Source: Mobula hypostoma (Eukaryota). From it: a DNA stretch of 64,000 nt. Numbering within the stretch: position 1 is the stretch's first letter; the number at the start of each line of letters is the position of its first letter. The notes beneath the pieces are model-generated. The model worked only from the letters and a program-made list of their open reading frames with translations, searched no databases and was not told the DNA's origin. The stretch lies in the NCBI RefSeq assembly GCF_963921235.1, contig NC_086109.1, forward strand, positions 62,001 through 126,000, written 5' to 3'. The translations under genes were made by a program, and so were the position numbers. Positions 1-9,986 of this stretch are shown in pieces.

Positions 1-209
1 TACAGCGATATTGTACATTGAGGGACCGAGAGGGGAAGGCAGAGGGAGGGAGGCGGAGAGAGTGGTCTGTTTCCCAGGACTGTACTGAGAACGTTTACCA
101 GTTGTTCAAAGAGGGACAGCGTTTTTCTGTATTTGGGCATCGAGGCGTGAGACAGGCAGAGGGACAGGGTGAGGAGCTCAGCATAATTCACAGATTCCAT
201 CCAAATACC

Positions 210-440
210 GCGGAATTTAATCCGGGGTTTCGGCAGTTTATACAGAGAATACAGACCCCGACCCTCCCCCCGGGGGGATTACAGTCTGGGATCTAATCCG
301 GGGTTCAGGCAGTTTATATATAGAATACAGACCCCCGGGGGGTTACAGTCTGGGATCTAATCCGGGGTTCGGGCAGTTTATATATAGAATACAGACCCCG
401 GGGGGTTACAGTCTGGGATCTAATCCGGGGTTCGGGCAGT
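210..440. repeat. ~60-65 bp minisatellite (atctaatccggggttcgggcagtttatatatagaatacagaccccggggggttacagtctggg)
   Basis: 3-4 direct copies visible. Degenerate copies resume at ~1580-1740 and ~2280-2480 after LINE insertions. Confidence 0.8.
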
Positions 441-1578
441 TGAGTTGAATTGACTTCATTTCTTACATCCTTCATGTACAATCTAATCTAAAATCTTTAC
501 GTTAAGTCTCCGTCTAAATGTGCAATGTACAATCATAGTAATTTATAATAAATAGAACAGTCAATGTAACATTGAAATACACTCAAACCAGTCTGATGGC
601 CTGGTGGAAGACGTTGTCCCAGAGCCTGTTAGTTCTGGCTTTTATGTTACGGTACTGTTTCCCGAATGGTAGCAGCTGGAACAGTTTATGGTTGGGGTGA
701 CTTGGGTCCCCAGTGATCCTTCAGGTCCTTTTTACACACCTGTCTTTGTAAATGTCCTGAATAGTGGGAAGTTCGCATCTACAGACTGGGTTGTCCGCAC
801 CACTCTCTGCAGAGTCCTGCGATTGAGGGAAGTACAGTTCCCATACCAGGCAGTGATGCAGCCAGTCAGGATGCTCTCATTTGTGCCCCTGTAGAAAATT
901 GTTAGCATTTGGGGGGCCCATGCCAAACTTGCGCAACCGTCTGAGGTGAAAGAGGTGCTGTTGTGTCTTTTTCACCACACAGCTGGTGTGTACAGTCCAC
1001 GTGAGGTCCTCAGTGATGTGGATGCCGAGGAACTTGAAGCTGTTTACGCTCTCAACCCCAGATCCATTGGTGTCAATAGGGGTTAGCCTGTCTCCATTCC
1101 TCCTGTAATCCACAACCAGCTCCTTTGTTTTTGAAACGTTGAGGGAGAGGTTGTTTTCTTGACACCATTGTGTCAGAGAGATGACTTCTTCTCTGTAGGC
1201 CACCTCGTTATTGTTTGAGATTAGGCCAATCAGTGTAGTGTTGTCGACAAATTTATTTAGCAGATTGGAGCTGTGGGTGGCAATACAGTCATGGGTATAC
1301 AGGGAGTAAAGGAGGGGGCTTAGTACACAGCCCTGAGGGGCTCCTGTGTTGAGAGTCAGGGGGTCGGAAGTGAGGGAGCCCATTCTTACCACCTGCTGGC
1401 AATCTGACAGGAAGTCCAGGATCCAGCTGCACAAGGCAGAGACAAGGCCGAGGTCTCTGAGTTTCTTGTCAAGCCTGGAGGGAATTATGGTGTTGAATAC
1501 TGAACTATAGTCCAAGAACAGCATTCTCACATAAGCATCCTTCTTCTCCAGATGTGTAAGGACGGTATGTAGAGCAGT
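441..1578 (-). mobile_element. 5'-truncated non-LTR retrotransposon, Rex1/Babar-like RT
   Basis: ORF 877..1530 has [33 protein letters not shown] and KF(A/V)D(D/N)TT motifs. It continues by frameshift in 732..926 (ESILTGCITAWYGNC). It interrupts the minisatellite. Confidence 0.85.
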
Positions 1579-1741
1579 CGTTTATATAGAGAATACAGAC
1601 GCCCTGGTGGGTTAAAGTCTGGGATCTAATCCGCACATTTGGGGATTTTATACAGATCCCCCTAATGGGTTAGATTGGGATCAATCAGGTTGTCAGGGAG
1701 TTTATACAGATTCCTGCGAGTGGGTTTACTGAGATTTAATC

Positions 1742-2275
1742 AAAGCCAAAGTAAATTTATTATCAGAGTACATACATGTCACCGCATACAACCCTGAGAT
1801 CATTTACCTGTGCGCATACTCAGCATATCTATAGAATCGTAACTGTAAAGAGGATCAATGAAAGAGCAACTGGAATGCAGAAGCCAACACACTGTGCAAA
1901 TGGAAATACAAATAAATAACCTGACCATGAAATAAGATAGAGTCCTTAAAGTGAGATCCTTGGTTGTGGGGACATCGCAATAGATGAGTGTAGTTGTCCC
2001 CTTTCCTTTAAGAGCCTGACGGTTGAGGGCTAGGAACTGTTCTTGGACCTGGTGGTGCAAATCCTGAGGCACCTGTACCTTCTCCCTGATGGCAGCAGCG
2101 AGAAAAGAGCGTGGTCTGGGCGGTGAGGCTCTCTGATGATGGACGCTGCTTTACCACAACGATACGCTAAACAGTTGGACAGGTTTTGCCCATGATGTAC
2201 TGGACCGAATCCACTACCTTTTGCGGGATTTTCCGTTCAAAGGCTTTGATGTTCCCAGTGCAGCCAGACAATACA
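1742..2275 (-). mobile_element. Rex1/Babar-like LINE 3' fragment
   Basis: Degenerate C-terminal coding remnant (LLPSGRRYR-like) plus a 3'UTR, similar to other Rex/Babar copies in the window. Confidence 0.55.
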
Positions 2276-2603
2276 ATCAAAGATCCGGGGCTCGGGGAGT
2301 TTATACAGATCGCCGCCGATGGGCTGCAGACAGGGATTTAACCCAAGGGTTCAGGAAGTTTCGGGAATACAGATCCCCTGGGTGGGTTACAGACTAGGAT
2401 CTAATCCAGGTGTTTGGCAGGTATGTGGATTAACAGACCCCTGGAATTGGTTACAGACTGGGATCAATTCCCGGGTTTCAGGGTGTAAGAATCTAATATT
2501 GGGACTGGGTAAGGTTGAGAGTGGATCACTAGATTCACGGACTCTAGGATGGTTGGATTTTGAGGAATGCTCCCACAGACTGATGATACTCCTGGTTTTC
2601 CAG

Positions 2604-2764
2604 TGCTGGGTCTCTCGACTCGGACTACAGGTGATGAGTCGATATCCGTCCTGCGCGGATCGAATGTGGAGTTGCCCTGTGACGTTCCCGCTGCCGACGA
2701 TGTCTCCAGATTGTACATTGTCTGGAGTGTGACTCCTGCAAATGACGGGGGACCTCCGAGACAG
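2604..2764 (+). CDS. CTX/JAM/CAR-family Ig gene, exon A (first half of V domain)
   Basis: Acceptor ttttccag|tg (phase 1) and donor cag|gtcact (phase 0). Encodes VLGLSTRTTGDESISVLRGSNVELPCDVPAADDVSRLYIVWSVTPANDGGPPRQ, with the B-strand Cys and C-strand Trp. Confidence 0.85.
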
Positions 2765-2819
2765 GTCACTGCATGAGGGGCGATTGGAGTCTGATCCCAG
2801 CTGTTCCCACTCCCACCCC

Positions 2820-3560
2820 GTCTAATTGCATTTAAACTGACTCACCTCCTCTAATCCCACGGACACTCACTCCCGCATCCCGTCTAATCCCATTGACCCG
2901 CACTCCCTCACACCGTCAAAGCCCACTGACCCTCACTCCCCAACACCGTCTAATCCCACTGATCCTCACTCCCCAATAACCGTCTAATCCCACTAACCCT
3001 CACTCCCCACCTCGTCTAATACCACTGACCCTCACTCCCCAACACCGTCTAATCCCACTGACCCTCACTGCCCAACACTCCCGTCAAATCCCACTGACCC
3101 TCACTCCCCAACACCGTCTAATCCCACTGACCCTCACTCCCCAACTCGTCTAATACCACTGACCCTCACTCCCTCACACCGTCAAAGCCCACTGACCCTC
3201 ACTCCCCAACACCGTCTAATCCCACTGATCCTCACTCCCCAATACCCGTCTAATCCCACTAACCCTCACTCCCCACCTCGTCTAATACCACTGACCCTCA
3301 CTCCCCAACACCGTCTAATCCCACTGACCCTCACTGCCCAACACTCCCGTCAAATCCCATTGACCCTCACTCCCCACCTCATCTAATCCCACTGACCGTC
3401 ACTCCCCAACACCGTCAAATCCCACTGACCCTCACTCCCCACCTCGTCTAATCCCACTGACCCTCACTCCCCAACACCATCTAATCCCACTGACCCTCAC
3501 TCCCCACCTCGTCTAATACCTCTGATCCTCACTCCCCACCCCATCTAATCCCAGTCCCAC
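2820..3560. repeat. 32-33 bp intronic minisatellite (cccactgaccctcactccccaacaccgtctaat)
   Basis: About 20 direct tandem copies. Confidence 0.9.
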
Positions 3561-3591
3561 CCCCGGGTTTAAATGTGTCTTTTACCCACAG

Positions 3592-3796
3592 GTGATTCTG
3601 TTTCAGGATGGAGCGGTAATCACAAGCCCCTGGGGCACTGGATCACGGGCCAGATTTGCCGACGATCCCACTCGGAGTGGCAGTGTGGGCATTGAGCGGG
3701 TACAGCAAGAAGACGCGGGACTCTACCAGTGTGTCGCCGTCAACCCCGCCAGTGCCCACCGCTCCCGGATCCAGACCATCACTCTGCACGTCCTGG
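3592..3796 (+). CDS. CTX/JAM/CAR-family Ig gene, exon B (second half of V domain)
   Basis: Acceptor tttacccacag|gtg and donor ctgg|gtgtgt (phase 1). Encodes VILFQDG...IERVQQEDAGLYQCVAVN...TITLHVL, with the DxGxYxC V-set motif. Confidence 0.9.
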
Positions 3797-3984
3797 GTGT
3801 GTTCTCGGGTCGGGGCGAGACGGACAGTGGACAGGAGCAGATAGTGCGACCAGTGGTCGGAGCAAGATGGGGGGGGGGGATGGGAAAGAGGGCGTAAGGG
3901 TGAGGGAGTGGACAAAGGGCCGGAGGAGGAAGGGACTTGGTGATAAGTGGTGAAAGTGGATGAAGTGAGCCAGGAATGGACTAA

Positions 3985-5480
3985 CGTGAGTGAGAGGGTG
4001 GTGGGTATCTGTGTGTATCTATGTAGATAGGGGTGTGTGTCTCTGGGAGGGTGTTTGAGGGGTGTGTGTCTGTGGGGGGGGGGTGTCGTGTTTTGGGAGA
4101 GGGTTTGTGTGTTTCTGTGTATGTGTGGGGAGATGGTGTGTATGGCAGGGTGTGTCTGTGGGAGCTCATGTGTGTCTGTGTGTATGGGAGGATGTGTGGG
4201 ACCGAGTGCGTGTTTTGTGTGTGGGAGGGTGTGTTTGTATAAGGGAGAGAGAGGCTGTGTCTGAGTGTGTGGGAGGGAGTTTCTTGTGGGAGAGGATGTG
4301 TGAGGATGTGGGCGAAGTGCGTCTGTGTCTGTGTGGGAGGGTGTGTGTGTGTGGGGGGAGAGAGCGTGGGGAACAGTGAGGGGGAGAGGAGGAGGATGAA
4401 AGATCGGGTGAGGGGGTGGGAGGAGGATGAGAGATCGGGTGAGGGGGAGAGGAGGATGAGAGATCGGGTGAGGGGAGAGGAGGATGAGAGATCTGGTGAG
4501 GGGATGGGAGGATGAGAGATCTGGTGAGAGGAGAGGAGGATGAGAGATCGGGTGAGGTGAGAGGAGGATGAGAGATCGGGTGAGGGGATGAGAGGAGGAG
4601 AGATCGGGTGAGGGGATGGGAGGAGGATGAGAGATCAAGTGAGGGGATGGGAGGAAGATGAGAGATTGGGTGAGGGGTGAGGAGGAGGAGAGATCAAGTG
4701 AGGGGATGGGAGGAAGATGAGAGATTGGGTGGGGGAGAGGAGGAGGATGAGAGATCGGGTGAGGGGATGGGAGGAGGATGAGAGATCGGGTGAGGGGAGA
4801 GGAGGAGGAGAGATCAAATGAGGGGATGGGAGGAAGATGAGAGATTGGGTGAGGGGAGAGGAGGAGGAGAGATCGGGTGTGGGGAGAGGAGGAGGATGAG
4901 AGATCAGGTGATGGGGATGGGCGGAGGATGAGATAGGGAGAAGGTGAAAAAGGAGGTTGGGGCAATCGGCAGATGGAGAGCATGGGAGAAGAGGAGGCAG
5001 GGGAAAGAATGAAGGGGTAAGGTGGATGAGTGGGAGGGAAGCAATGGGAGATGGGAGTGATTAGACAGGGAGAGGGATTGGAGAACGTTGGGGGTTGATG
5101 AAGAGAGATTGGGGAGTGGAAGATCGAGGCATTTGAGAGGCACAGAGTGGTGATGAGTGAGAACAGGACAGGATAGCAATAATAGAAAGAAGGGGGCGGG
5201 TGAGGGTGAGAGCAAGAGAGGGAGAGAAGGGGAGGAAGAGGGAAATGGAGAGAATGAAGGCGAGATGGAGAAGGGGACAGAGAAAGAGATGGAGAGGGAG
5301 GGTGTGGGGGAGGGGGGGAGGGGGAGAGGGAGGGTGTGAGGGAGGGGAGGGGAGGGTGTGGGGGAGGGGGAAGGGAGGGGAGGGTGAGGGAGGGTGTGGG
5401 GGAGGGGAGGGGGAGGGTGAGGGAGGGTGTGGGGGAGAGGAGGGGGGACGGTGTCGGGGAGGGGTGAGGGAGGGGCGTGT
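3985..5480. repeat. Low-complexity GT-rich, GA-rich (~30 bp gaggaggatgagagatcgggtgagggg) and G-rich intronic repeats
   Basis: Directly visible simple and tandem repeats. They produce spurious Pro/Ser-rich ORFs. Confidence 0.85.
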
Positions 5481-5520
5481 GTGTTATGCAATAGGCGATG
5501 GGCTATCCTGTCCTTCACAG

Positions 5521-5676
5521 ATGCTCCCACCCGCCCTAATTGTGCAATGAAGGGGGCCGAGGTGCTCGGAGGCAGCGTGATCCTCTCTTGCGACTCGTCC
5601 AGCGGCAACCCAGCCCCCACGTACAGCTGGTGGAGGGTGGACTCCAATAGGAACCAGCTCCTCGACTCCTCACACA
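5521..5676 (+). CDS. CTX/JAM/CAR-family Ig gene, exon C (first half of C2 domain)
   Basis: Acceptor tccttcacag|at and donor caca|gtgagt (phase 1). Encodes DAPTRPNCAMKGAEVLGGSVILSCDSSSGNPAPTYSWWRV..., with the CxxxxGxPxPxYxW C2 motif and an extra A-strand Cys. Confidence 0.9.
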
Positions 5677-5679
5677 GTG

Positions 5680-6215
5680 AGTGTGTGACAGAACAGTGTA
5701 GAGGGAGGTTTCACTCTGTGTCTGACCCGAGTCCTGAGAGTGTGTGATGGGACAGTGTAGAGGGAGCTTCACTCTGTGTCTGACCGGTGTCCTGGGAGTG
5801 TGTGATGGGACAGTGTAGAGGGAGTTTCACTCTGTGTCTGACCCGTGTCCTGGGAGTGTGTGATGGGAAAGTGTAGAGGGAGTTTCACTCTGTGTCTGAC
5901 CCGTGTCCTGGGAGTGTGTGATGGGACAGTGTAGAGGGAGTTTCACTCTGTGTCTGACCCGTGTCCTGGGAGTGTGTGATGGGACGGTGAAGAGGGAGTT
6001 TCACTCTGTGCCTGACCCGTGTCCTGGGAGTGTATAACACACATCAAAGTTGCTGGTGAACGCAGCAGGCCAGGCAGCATCTCTAGGAATGGTACAGTCG
6101 ACGTTTCGGGCCGAGACCCTTCGTCATGACTGGACAGTGTAGAGGGAGCTTCACTGTTTGTGTGACCCGTAGCTTGAAAGTGTGTGATAAGACAGTAGAG
6201 TGGGAGCTTTACTCA
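5680..6215. repeat. 58-59 bp minisatellite (gtgtgtgatgggacagtgtagagggagtttcactctgtgtctgacccgtgtcctggga)
   Basis: About 6 copies plus degenerate ones, interrupted by a Penelope-like fragment at ~6037-6131. Confidence 0.9.
6037..6131 (-). mobile_element. Penelope-like element 3' fragment with degenerate hammerhead
   Basis: Matches the end of the element at 23246-23346. The minus strand reads gtc-ATGACGA-agggtctcggccc-GAAAC-GTC-gact (core C3 changed to A). Confidence 0.8.
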
Positions 6216-6232
6216 ATCCATTCACCCCGCAG

Positions 6233-6352
6233 CTTCGCAAGGAACGTTGATCATACAGAATCTTTCGGTGGACAGTTCCGGTGTCTACCTCTGCATCGCC
6301 TCCAATGACTTGGGCTCAGACAGATGTTCCGTGGAACTGATACTGAAAAACT
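6233..6352 (+). CDS. CTX/JAM/CAR-family Ig gene, exon D (second half of C2 domain)
   Basis: Acceptor ccccgcag|ct and donor aact|gtgcgt (phase 1). Encodes SQGTLIIQNLSVDSSGVYLCIASNDLGSDRCSVELILKN, with SGxYxCxAxN, an extra G-strand Cys and an NLS N-glycosylation sequon. Confidence 0.9.
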
Positions 6353-6555
6353 GTGCGTATACGGCCATCTTGGGAACATTGTTGGACAGTGGGAGAGTGT
6401 GGGAAAGGGTGGGATCCGTTGGGATTGAATGGGAAGGGTTGGGACTCTTTGGGGGTGCAGTCAGTGGGACTGAATGGGAAGGGGTTGGATCAGTTGGTAG
6501 TGTGGACGATGGGACTCAATGGCAAGAGGTAGGTTGCATTGGGAGTGCATAGGAA

Positions 6556-8100
6556 GGGTTGGGTCCGCTGGGAGTGTGGACAGTGGAAGTGAATGAGAAG
6601 GGGCGGGGTCCGCTGGGAGTGTGGACAGTGGAAGTGAATGAGAAGGGGCGGGGTCCGCTGGGAGTGTGGACAGTGGAAGTGAATGAGAAGGGGCGGGGTC
6701 CGCTGGGAGTGTGGACAGTGGAAGTGAATGAGAAGGGGCGGGGTCCGCTGGGAGTGTGGACAGTGGAAGTGAATGAGAAGGGGCGGGGTCCGCTGGGAGT
6801 GTGGACAGTGGAAGTGAATGAGAAGGGGCGGGGTCCGCTGGGAGTGTGGACAGTTGAAGTGAATGAGAAGGGGCGGGGTCCGCTGGGAGTGTGGACAGTG
6901 GAAGTGAATGAGAAGGGGCGGGGTCCGCTGGGAGTGTGGACAGTGGAAGTGAATGAGAAGGGGCGGGGTCCGCTGGGAGTGTGGACAGTGGAAGTGAATG
7001 AGAAGGGGCGGGGTCCGCTGGGAGTGTGGACAGTGGAAGTGAATGAGAAGGGGCGGGGTCCGATGGGAGTGTGGACAGTGGAAGTGAATGAGAAGGGTTG
7101 GGTCCATTGGGAGTGTGGACAGTGGAAGTGAATGAGAAGGGTTGGGTCCATTGGGAGTGTGGACAGTGGAAGTGAATGAGAAGGGTTGGGTCCATTGGGA
7201 GTGTGGACAGCGGAAGTGAATGAGAAGGGGCGGGGTCCGATGGGAGTGTGGACAGCGGAAGTGAATGAGAAGGGGCGGGGTCCGATGGGAGTGTGGACAG
7301 CGGAAGTGAATGAGAAGGGGCGGGGTCCGATGGGAGTGTGGACAGTGGAAGTGAATGAGAAGGGGCGGGGTCCGATGGGAGTGTGGACAGTGGAAGTGAA
7401 TGAGAAGGGTTGGGTCCATTGGGAGTGTGGACAGTGGAAGTGAATGAGAAGGGTTGGGTCCATTGGGAGTGTGGACAGTGGAAGTGAATGAGAAGGGTTG
7501 GGTCCATTGGGAGTGTGGACAGCGGAAGTGAATGAGAAGGGGCGGGGTCCGATGGGAGTGTGGACAGCGGAAGTGAATGAGAAGGGGCGGGGTCCGATGG
7601 GAGTGTGGACAGCGGAAGTGAATGAGAAGGGGCGGGGTCCGATGGGAGTGTGGACAGCGGAAGTGAATGAGAAGGGGCGGGGTCCGATGGGAGTGTGGAC
7701 AGCGGAAGTGAATGAGAAGGGGCGGGGTCCGATGGGAGTGTGGACAGCGGAAGTGAATGAGAAGGGGCGGGGTCCGATGGGAGTGTGGACAGCGGAAGTG
7801 AATGAGAAGGGGCGGGGTCCGATGGGAGTGTGGACAGCGGAAGTGAATGAGAAGGGGCGGGGTCCGATGGGAGTGTGGACAGCGGAAGTGAATGAGAAGG
7901 GGCGGGGTCCGATGGGAGTGTGGACAGCGGAAGTGAATGAGAAGGGTTGGGTCCATTGGGAGTGTGGACAGCGGAAGTGAATGAGAAGGGGCGGGGTCCA
8001 TTGGGAGTGTGGACAGTGGAAGTGAATGAGAAAGGTTGGGTCCATTGGGAGTGTGGACAGTGGAAGTGAATGAGAAGGGGCGGGGTCCGATGGTTGTGCG
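6556..8100. repeat. 44/45 bp intronic VNTR (gggtccgctgggagtgtggacagtggaagtgaatgagaaggggcg)
   Basis: About 34 near-identical tandem copies, with blocks of variant units. Confidence 0.95.
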
Positions 8101-8145
8101 GACAGTAGTTTTTTTACTGGGATCGTTCTGTGCTATCCTTTCCAG

Positions 8146-8291
8146 TCCAGGAGAGTGTCCACGGAATGGCGACTGCGATAGGCATCACAATGACCATGGG
8201 GGTGATTATCGTCACCTTGTTTGGAATCGTCCTGTGGCTCCACTCGAGGAACAAGGAGAGGCGGTCAGGATTGTGGGCAGCAGCTCTGCAG
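8146..8291 (+). CDS. CTX/JAM/CAR-family Ig gene, transmembrane exon
   Basis: Acceptor ctttccag|tc and donor cag|gtcagt (phase 0). Encodes the hydrophobic stretch AIGITMTMGVIIVTLFGIVLWL followed by basic HSRNKERR. Confidence 0.85.
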
Positions 8292-8374
8292 GTCAGTCCG
8301 GCTGACGGCTCTCCGCGCTCTGTCCCACCGATTGTATCCTCTCCGATCTGAGCACCGCTCTCTTCTCTACCCAG

Positions 8375-8440
8375 GCTGAAACTCCCCCCGTCACACCGGA
8401 CTGCGGAGGTTCCACTCGTCGATCACTTGGGGCTGTGTGA
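8375..8440 (+). CDS. CTX/JAM/CAR-family Ig gene, last (cytoplasmic) exon
   Basis: Polypyrimidine tract and acceptor tcttctctacccag|gct. Encodes AETPPVTPDCGGSTRRSLGAV-stop. The six exon lengths (854 nt plus 1 nt of upstream phase) keep one frame. Confidence 0.7.
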   Translation, partial: AETPPVTPDCGGSTRRSLGAV

Positions 8441-8550
8441 GGGTTTGCCTTTTCCAGCTCCCCCCCCCCCCCACCCCAAGGCGCCCAGGAGTCACGGAGA
8501 GCAGGCATAAGCAATTCTCTCCGACAGGATCCTCCAAAGAAAGGGATGGG

Positions 8551-8556
8551 ATTAAA
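8551..8556 (+). terminator. Candidate polyadenylation signal ATTAAA of the Ig gene
   Basis: ATTAAA ~110 nt after the stop, followed by a GT/T-rich stretch (gtgttactgtttgtatct). Confidence 0.45.
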
Positions 8557-9029
8557 GAGCAGACTATGGACATGGTGTTACTGTTTGTATCTGTACTCCG
8601 CCCCACCCTACCCCACCCCACCCCTGTCCCAGGACACCACGCTCCAACCATCTGACATTCCTGGTCTGGGAGTTGGAGGAGGGCTGGGGTGGTTTTGGAT
8701 GGGGAGAGGATGAGGGAGGGAAGGGGTAGAGGATGAGGGAGGAGAGGGGGCGCCATGATGGAAGGAGACACGTTAGGACACGCATGGTGGAGATACTCTG
8801 CTCAGCCTGTATTTAACGCACGAGATCCGGACAGGAGACCCGACGGGAGCGAACGAATGGTGGGAGCATTCGAGTGGTTTCCCTGTGCCAGGGGCTGGTC
8901 TCTCCCAGAACAGGAATATCTCTCTCTGTCTCCCTCTCTTCCCGGGAGTTGGACGACTCTCTCTGTCCCTGTGGTGGGTTCTGGAGAGAGGGAGAGGGAA
9001 ACACTTGTCCCTCAACCACCCCACCCTCC

Positions 9030-9778
9030 GCCTCACCAGTGCGAGCGCTGGTGATCGACCAAGTCGCGCCAGTGCGGGCGAAGGTGCGGCCGCAGACGCC
9101 ACAGGTGAAAGGGCTTGGCGCACTGGGGTCGTCGGTCCGCTGGTGCCGCCGAGGAGCGCTTGATGCAGTTGGGGCGGGCAGGCGAGGAGCCTCTCTCCGG
9201 TGTGGATCTTCCGGTGCGCGCCTAGTGTAGAAGCGCTCGGCGAAAGGCCGCTCGCCGGAGTGGATGCGGTCGTAGCGGTTCAGCTCGCTGGCAGCGTGGA
9301 CGCGTTCGGCGCAACGGGCGCACGGGCAGGGCCGCTCCCCCGAGTGGTAACATGGCTAACCGACAGAAGCGCTTGCCGCGGGCGCCGCACTGGGAGGGGC
9401 GCTCATCCGCATGGGCCCGGCAGTGGCGCAGCAGGTCTCCAGTGACGCAAAAACGGCGAGGATATGTGGCACACTTGAGCGGCCGGTGGCGCTGGTTGCT
9501 GGTCGGGTTGAAGCGGTTTCCGCAGACGGGGCACCCGCAGGCGCCGCTCCAAGTGCGAGCGGCTGGTGAAGCCACGAGCGCAGACTGCGCAGTGGCAAGG
9601 AGGCGGCACCGTGCCCGGGACGCAGCAGGTCTGCCCTCCCTCCCTCCCCGTCTTTGCCGGGAACACCCTCAAACTCCTTAGCACCCCGCGACGGATCTTC
9701 CGTTAGAAGCTTCTGCTCCATCCTGGGGATTGAGGGCTCCGTCCGCCTGCTGATCGGACAGAGAGGCGGTATCAGGCG
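9030..9778 (-). pseudogene. Decayed C2H2 zinc-finger gene (paralogue 1)
   Basis: Finger remnants in shifting frames: CAVCARGFTSRSHLERRLR, CPVCGNRF, CATYPRRFCVTGDLLRHCRAH-ADERP, CGVCGRTF. Lost Cys/His residues and frameshifts. Acceptor tag| at 9781-9779 and ATG at 9721. Confidence 0.8.
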
Positions 9779-9904
9779 CTAACGGGCTGCCGAGTCGGGG
9801 CGAAGTGGATAGCCAGAGTATTTCCCCCAGGGCTGAAGTGGCTTGCACGAGAGGGCATAGTTTTAAGGTGCTTGGAAGTGGGTACAGAGGAGATGTCAGA
9901 GGTA

Positions 9905-9986
9905 AACACGAGAAAATCTGCAAATGCTGGAAGTTCAAGCAACACACATAAAAGTTGCTGGTGAACACAGCAGGCCAGGCAGCATC
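9905..9986 (-). mobile_element. Penelope-like element 3' terminus
   Basis: aaatctgcaaatgctggaagttcaagcaacacacataaaagttgctggtgaac..., the same family as 23212-23300. Confidence 0.75.

Noticed and set aside
3643..5647. Pro/Ser-rich ORFs on the minus strand
   Set aside because: Antisense translations of intronic GA/G-rich simple repeats.
6556..8100. Regularly spaced repeats resembling a CRISPR array, and 350-509 aa ORFs
   Set aside because: Pure head-to-tail tandem units with no unique spacers and no cas genes in a eukaryotic intron. The ORFs are repeat artefacts.
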